Below, one piece after another: positions 29,224 through 34,055 of a stretch of DNA of 34,055 nucleotides. The stretch spans positions 1 to 34,055 of the forward strand of contig JAUNPT010000003.1 of the NCBI GenBank assembly GCA_030536565.1, in the 5' to 3' direction. The notes under the pieces are model-generated. The model was not told the DNA's origin. It made no database searches and saw only the letters and a list, made by a program, of their open reading frames with translations. The translations under genes were made by a program, and so were the position numbers. Numbering within the stretch: position 1 is the first letter of the stretch; each line of letters begins with the position of its first letter. The stretch is from Eubacteriales bacterium (GTDB taxonomy: Bacteria; Bacillota; Clostridia; Lachnospirales; Lachnospiraceae).

Positions 29224-30866
29224 TAGATAAATTCCTCCTTATCATCTACTTCAATTTCTTTATTTATCAACTCACGGATATCTATATACCTTGAATGAAA
29301 ATCATCATTTTCCTCAAGCATAGTACATATTATATTAACCCGTATGCCTGTGCGTTCCTCGATTAATTCGACAAGCTTTTCTATATTTTCTTCTCTGCTT
29401 ATTACGCCGTAAGCACTTCTTGATTTTAACATAATCTCAAGACTTTTTCTATCCTCTGACAACGTAACATTTGCCTGCATCAAAATATTTACCTGCATAG
29501 GGTCATCATAAGAACGTATTATTGTATCCCACTGGGCGGCAATCTGTGCTATGTCCTCTGGAAGTGCATCTATTATACGCCTTTCTGCAGGCTTTAGGAC
29601 TGCTGCCTCATTTTCCTGTAAAACAGCCTCATCTGTCCCCATATTACGGGCTGTGTATACACCCGCTGGAATTACTCCATTTTTTATATTTTCAAGTGCC
29701 TCCTGCATCTGCTTTTCCAGCACTGATATTCTGCTTACAAGCGTTGCTGTGTCGGCTGTCCTGTCCATAGCCGGGCGCATAAGCTTAATGAGCGTAACCT
29801 CTATCTTTATTCTTTTCTGCGTTGAAAACTTTAAATCTGCTGACAGCTCTGACAGCACCCTTATATAACGCATCAGTGTCTCTACATCAATAGTACCCGC
29901 ATCTTCTCTGAGCGTTTCCATATTCTCCGCAGAAACCTCTATAACATCTGCAATTTTTTCCTGATTGTCAGAAGACTGGATAAGCAGAAGATTCCTAAGA
30001 TACCATATGAAGTCATTTACAAACTGCGCCAAATCTCTGCCCTGCATGATTATTTCTTCCAAAAGCTCCATACAGCCTGATGTATCTCCAGAAAGAATTA
30101 TCTTAAGTGCTCTTGAAAATACATCTGTATCAACTGCCCCAAGCACCTCTAACACATTTTCGTACTTTAAATCCCTGCCGAGGTAGAAGGCAATACACTG
30201 ATCCAATAGACTTAGTGCATCTCGCATGGAACCATCGGCAGCCTTCGCCACATATCTTACAGCCTTATCCTCTACATTAATCTTTTCAGCCTCCATAAGC
30301 TGTGAAAGCCTGCCTGCAATTGTATCTATGGAAATCCTATGAAAATCGTATCTCTGACATCTTGAGAGTATTGTTATTGGTATCTTGTGCGCCTCTGTTG
30401 TCGCAAGAATAAATATAACATAAGACGGTGGTTCCTCCAATGTCTTTAAAAGCGCATTAAAGGCTCCTATTGACAGCATATGAACCTCATCTATAATGTA
30501 GACCTTATAACGTCCTTCAGTTGGAGAATACAAAACCTCATCGCGAATCTCCCTGATATTATCCACACCATTATTAGATGCCGCATCAATTTCAATTACA
30601 TTCATTGATGTTCCTGCTGCAATTGCCCTGCAGGAAGGGCACTCGCCGCACGGATTTCCATCCTGCGGATTTTCGCAGTTAACTGCCTTGGCTAATATTT
30701 TGGCTACCGTTGTCTTACCAGTTCCCCTCGTTCCGCAGAACAAATAAGCATGACCTATCCTATCCGCCTTAATCTGATTCTGCAATGTTGTTACTATATG
30801 ATCCTGCCCCTTTACTTCTTTGAAATCCAAAGGGCGCCATTTTCTGTACAGTGCCTGATATGACAT
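29223..30866 (-). CDS. dnaX: DNA polymerase III subunit gamma/tau
   Basis: MSYQALYRKWRP, GTRGTGKTT, EIDAASN, IIDEVHML, TILSRCQ, GSMRDALS; start ATG 30866. Confidence 0.97.
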   Translation of the reverse strand: MSYQALYRKWRPLDFKEVKGQDHIVTTLQNQIKADRIGHAYLFCGTRGTGKTTVAKILAKAVNCENPQDGNPCGECPSCRAIAAGTSMNVIEIDAASNNGVDNIREIRDEVLYSPTEGRYKVYIIDEVHMLSIGAFNALLKTLEEPPSYVIFILATTEAHKIPITILSRCQRYDFHRISIDTIAGRLSQLMEAEKINVEDKAVRYVAKAADGSMRDALSLLDQCIAFYLGRDLKYENVLEVLGAVDTDVFSRALKIILSGDTSGCMELLEEIIMQGRDLAQFVNDFIWYLRNLLLIQSSDNQEKIADVIEVSAENMETLREDAGTIDVETLMRYIRVLSELSADLKFSTQKRIKIEVTLIKLMRPAMDRTADTATLVSRISVLEKQMQEALENIKNGVIPAGVYTARNMGTDEAVLQENEAAVLKPAERRIIDALPEDIAQIAAQWDTIIRSYDDPMQVNILMQANVTLSEDRKSLEIMLKSRSAYGVISREENIEKLVELIEERTGIRVNIICTMLEENDDFHSRYIDIRELINKEIEVDDKEEFI

Positions 30867-30981
30867 ATGCACACCTGACCTTTCTACAACTGCAACATTC
30901 ACTTTCAGAGCTTTGCGTGCCTGCACGCACGTCTGAGATGATTATTTATATGGATGTTGTACTTCATTGTTCACGCAAAAT

Positions 30982-31246
30982 ACCGCGCGTTCTGCTTCGA
31001 GCAACGCTCCACAGACGTTACCGATACAGTTAGCTCGATTCAGGCACCCTTCCGGCACACAGGAGGTTTCACTTAAGGCTGCTTCATTCCTGACCTGACC
31101 TGATTCATGAACTCTTGTTGCGAAAGACCCAAATGTCAACACCACTTTTATCGGGCAGCTCCATAAATAATTGCCCTCGGCCGAACATCACCCCAGCTAT
31201 AGCGGATTGCTGGTACAGGGTGCCGCTGACTCCCCGGCTGCGCGGT
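30982..31246 (-). ncRNA. ffs: Large bacterial SRP RNA (scRNA) with Alu domain
   Basis: Helix 8 motif TCAGGTCAGGAATGAAGCAGC; 5' Alu-like GGGGAGTCAGCGGCACCCTGTACCAGCAATCCGCT; complementary ends ACCGCGC/GCGCGGT; about 265 nt upstream of dnaX, as in Bacillus. Confidence 0.95.
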
Positions 31247-31253
31247 AAACTTT

Positions 31254-31282
31254 ATTATACTTATAACCTTAGTATTTGTCAA
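31254..31282 (-). promoter_or_regulatory. Perfect sigma-A promoter of ffs
   Basis: TTGACA (31282-31277), 17 nt, TATAAT (31259-31254); predicted start about 31247, matching the SRP 5' end. Confidence 0.9.
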
Positions 31283-31396
31283 GATTTCCTACCGTTTTTA
31301 CAAGAGGTTTTCCCTCCCTTTATCCTTGTGCTAAAATGTGTTATTATACAGAAAATCATAATCAGCACTGGTTACTTGACCGAAATGGAGAGCTTT

Positions 31397-31909
31397 ATGG
31401 ACGCTGTCAAAGAAACTAACACCGAAAATATAAATTCAGAAGATATAAAATATATGAAAAAAGCTATTGCTCAGGCAAAAAAGGCTGCCAGACTTATGGA
31501 GGTTCCAATTGGATGTATAATCGTTCATGAAGGAAAAATAATCGGACGCGGCTATAACCGTAGAAACACTGATAAAACTACCCTTGGCCATGCCGAAATA
31601 ACTGCCATCAAAAAAGCAAGCAAGGCTTTAAATGACTGGCGGCTGGAAGACTGCACAATGTATGTTACTCTTGAGCCCTGTCAGATGTGTGCCGGAGCTA
31701 TTATTCAGGCCCGTATTCCACGTGTAGTCATCGGCTCAATGAATCCCAAGGCGGGCTGTGCAGGCTCTGTATTAAATATCCTTAAAATGCCTTCGTTCAA
31801 CCATCAGGCAGACATAACCAAAGATGTTCTAAAAGAAGAATGTTCTACGCTGTTAACGACATTTTTTAAAAATCTGCGTGAACAAAAAAAGGCTCAAAAG
31901 GAGGGGTAA
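31397..31909 (+). CDS. tadA: tRNA-specific adenosine(34) deaminase
   Basis: EVPIGCIIV, HAE, TLEPCQMCAGA, FNH; start ATG 31397 behind GGAGAG (longer ORF overlaps ffs). Confidence 0.93.
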   Translation: MDAVKETNTENINSEDIKYMKKAIAQAKKAARLMEVPIGCIIVHEGKIIGRGYNRRNTDKTTLGHAEITAIKKASKALNDWRLEDCTMYVTLEPCQMCAGAIIQARIPRVVIGSMNPKAGCAGSVLNILKMPSFNHQADITKDVLKEECSTLLTTFFKNLREQKKAQKEG

Positions 31910-31920
31910 CACTATAAATC

Positions 31921-32463
31921 ATGAAGACTGAATATATTATCAGCACGCTTAAGCTTAAGGTCTGCACAGAAGTTAATGTTTTTGAAGTTTTGGAATTTTA
32001 TCAGGACAACCGGGAATATTTCGACCTGTACGAACCAGACAAGCCTTCTGATTTCTACACAAAGGAATACATCGTAAAGCTTCTGCGGGCAGAGTACAAT
32101 GCATTTTTAAACGGCAGCTTTGTGCGCTTTTTCCTGTATGATACTGCCATTTCAAACAGGATTATTGGCACAGTCTCTTTCTCCCACATTTTAAATGGCT
32201 CTGTCAAATCCTGCACTATTGGCTACAAGATTGACCACGAACACTGGAGACTGGGGTACTGCCGTCAAATGTTAAATGCCGCAGTCAGAATCATATGTAC
32301 TGAAAAAGGAATGCACCGGATTGAAGCATACATTCATCCAGATAACATTCCTTCTATCAAAACTGCCCAGGCACTCAATTTCACCAGTGAGGGATTGGCA
32401 TATTCCTATATTAAATTACATGGAAGCTGGCAGGATATGCTGCGCTTCGTTTACATTTCCTGA
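31921..32463 (+). CDS. RimJ/RimL-family GNAT acetyltransferase
   Basis: IIGTVSF, IGYKID..HWRLGY, MHRIEAYIHPDNIPS, F..EG....Y....G.W.D. Confidence 0.88.
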   Translation: MKTEYIISTLKLKVCTEVNVFEVLEFYQDNREYFDLYEPDKPSDFYTKEYIVKLLRAEYNAFLNGSFVRFFLYDTAISNRIIGTVSFSHILNGSVKSCTIGYKIDHEHWRLGYCRQMLNAAVRIICTEKGMHRIEAYIHPDNIPSIKTAQALNFTSEGLAYSYIKLHGSWQDMLRFVYIS

Positions 32464-33446
32464 TACCAATACCCAAAGTAGGGATTTGTGTAATCACTTC
32501 TGTGGCTTTTCTTGAAATTCCCAAAACCAAACACTGATGCCATATAACGCTCACGATTACAGTATATTCCAGGAATCCCTATGAAATACTTAGTGTTGTT
32601 GTCATTTTCACAAACCCTGCCAATCAGCAGATGATGAAACCTGTAATATCCATGCATCATAAAACTATTGCCATCTATCACACCAGCTCCACCCAACGCC
32701 TTCTTTAGCTGCTCAGGTGAAACCTCAACACAGTCATACATATCATCATCATCAAAAGCATCTATTAAATCCCCCTGATTAATTAACCACTGCAATGTAT
32801 TTTCCTTTACCTGCACCGTTTCAAGGCCGATTACGTCAGTATCATTTGCTTCAATATCTTTTATATCAGTATCCTTTACTTCCGCCGCTTCCACTTCTGC
32901 TGCAGCGTCCGAAGCTTCATCTTTTATCTCCTCTGTCAGGTTTTTTTCATCTTCAGCCGCATTCTCTGTCTTGGCCTTTTCCGGTTCAATCCCTGCATCT
33001 TTTTGAATATCCTGCGTATCTTTTGGCTTCTCCTGCTGGACATAATGTACATTTTCTGGTTTAAACACATCATCATTCCACAATGAAAACATTCTATAAT
33101 AAGAATCTTCTTTATCTGCCACTGCAATACCGATTCCATCTGATAATGTATATCCGCTTCCATTCATATTGTCAGGATTTAATATATCCCTGTATTTGCC
33201 CTGACCACCTCTCACAAGAATTTCACCAAGTGAAACGAGCAGACATTCCCCATCAGCCCTTACCATAAGATATACGCCATAGAGCTTTGAGGCGTCCATA
33301 TAAACACCATTTAATGTCATATCAAGCCTGCATTGTCCATTCCTTAATTCCACCTTGGCAAACCCCACATTCTTATCCTTAACATTTCCCGGATAAGCGT
33401 AAATGTATGAGACAAACCTCCTATATTCGCTCGTATTAACCTCCAT
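32451..33446 (-). CDS. DUF6128-like conserved protein, probably sporulation-associated
   Basis: N-term YRRFVSYIYAY..KNVGFAKVE, acidic linker, C-term NSFMMHGYY.FHHL...GIPG.Y..RE..MA..FGF..F...GYWY; start uncertain (ATG 33446 or ACG 33434). Confidence 0.7.
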   Translation of the reverse strand: MEVNTSEYRRFVSYIYAYPGNVKDKNVGFAKVELRNGQCRLDMTLNGVYMDASKLYGVYLMVRADGECLLVSLGEILVRGGQGKYRDILNPDNMNGSGYTLSDGIGIAVADKEDSYYRMFSLWNDDVFKPENVHYVQQEKPKDTQDIQKDAGIEPEKAKTENAAEDEKNLTEEIKDEASDAAAEVEAAEVKDTDIKDIEANDTDVIGLETVQVKENTLQWLINQGDLIDAFDDDDMYDCVEVSPEQLKKALGGAGVIDGNSFMMHGYYRFHHLLIGRVCENDNNTKYFIGIPGIYCNRERYMASVFGFGNFKKSHRSDYTNPYFGYWYQEM

Positions 33447-33490
33447 TCCTGCTTTAATACCGCAAATCAAAGTTAACTTTTGTTTATGGA

Positions 33491-33519
33491 ATTGTATGCA
33501 TACTAACACCAATATATGA
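33491..33519 (-). promoter_or_regulatory. Sigma-E (mother-cell sporulation) promoter
   Basis: TCATATA, 14 nt, CATACAAT; matches the B. subtilis sigma-E consensus in both elements and spacing. Confidence 0.75.
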
Positions 33520-33541
33520 CTTAAAAATTATATTCTTAATT

Positions 33542-34055
33542 TCACTGCCCCTGTCTAAGCTCAGTAATTGTGTTGGACAGACTGGCAAACTGCCCAAGGG
33601 AAAGGGCTTCCCCTCTTATAGTTAAAGGAAGTCCATTTCTTTCCAGTGCCGCTGTAAGCTCTTCTTTGCTCACACCAATTCCTGAATTGCCGACACTATT
33701 AGTCATTGTCTTTCTTCTCTGATTAAAAGAAGCCCGTATTAAACCAAACATCAAATGTTCATCTGACACATCAACCGGCGGCTCTGCGTATCTTGTAAGC
33801 TTAATAACAGCGGAATCTACATTTGGACGCGGCATAAAACAGCTGGCCGGCACCTGAACCACAATACTTGGCTTCGCATAATACTGAACTGCAAGCGACA
33901 GGGCTCCATAATCCTTAGTTCCCGGGCCGACCTGCATACGATCCGCCACTTCCTTCTGCACCATAATTGTTATACTGTCCAGAGGCACATGACTTTCAAA
34001 CAGTCCCATAATGATAGGCGTTGTAATATAATATGGCAGATTTGCAACTACCTTG
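33542..34055 (-). CDS. rsmA: 16S rRNA m6,2A dimethyltransferase, 5'-truncated by the window edge
   Basis: Frame is open to the window end: KVVANLPYYITTPI, MVQKEVADR, YGALS, FMPRPNVDSAV, FNQRRKT, RGEAL. Confidence 0.95.
   Translation of the reverse strand, partial: KVVANLPYYITTPIIMGLFESHVPLDSITIMVQKEVADRMQVGPGTKDYGALSLAVQYYAKPSIVVQVPASCFMPRPNVDSAVIKLTRYAEPPVDVSDEHLMFGLIRASFNQRRKTMTNSVGNSGIGVSKEELTAALERNGLPLTIRGEALSLGQFASLSNTITELRQGQ

Noticed and set aside
29223-30866. Programmed -1 frameshift in dnaX (gamma/tau)
   Set aside because: No A-AAA-AAG slippery site or long A tract with a downstream hairpin seen; only A6 runs followed by T.
30942-31145. 67-aa minus-strand ORF and the 5' extension of the tadA ORF (31115-31396)
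   Set aside because: Both overlap the SRP RNA gene; chance open frames.
31714-31729. parS-like sequence TATTCCACGTGTAGTC (and half-site CGTGAAACA near 3133)
   Set aside because: Too many mismatches to TGTTNCACGTGAAACA and not palindromic; cannot be linked to SMC loading.
1-34055. CRISPR arrays, tRNA/rRNA genes, IS elements, prophage genes, att-like direct repeats around the SMC trio
   Set aside because: None detected by eye; intergenic gaps are short and explained by promoters, terminators and the SRP RNA.

Overview
Mostly core chromosome of a low-GC Firmicute. Gene content and protein style suggest a spore-forming Clostridia/Lachnospiraceae member (inference). Almost all genes lie on the minus strand. 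In transcription order they are: partial rsmA(ksgA); a DUF6128-like gene with a textbook sigma-E promoter; divergent tadA and a RimJ-type GNAT; large SRP RNA (ffs) behind a perfect sigma-A promoter; dnaX-ybaB-recR; a three-gene kleisin/KITE/SMC-like cassette (Wadjet JetABC / MksFEB-like) with no JetD/MksG nuclease next to it; an 870-aa TPR + catalytically degenerate AAA protein; tkt; a MATE transporter; an Fe-alcohol dehydrogenase with Rex boxes; an ECF sigma / RsiV-like anti-sigma pair; MoxR-DUF58-transglutaminase; divergent plsC; and uvrC-hprK-glk-murB-rapZ-whiA. I saw no CRISPR array, tRNA, rRNA, IS element or integrase. The best candidate for an undescribed system is the nuclease-less Wadjet/MksBEF-like SMC complex attached to the dnaX-ybaB-recR operon, possibly with the downstream TPR/pseudo-AAA protein as partner. 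All family assignments come from motif recognition by eye, not database searches.
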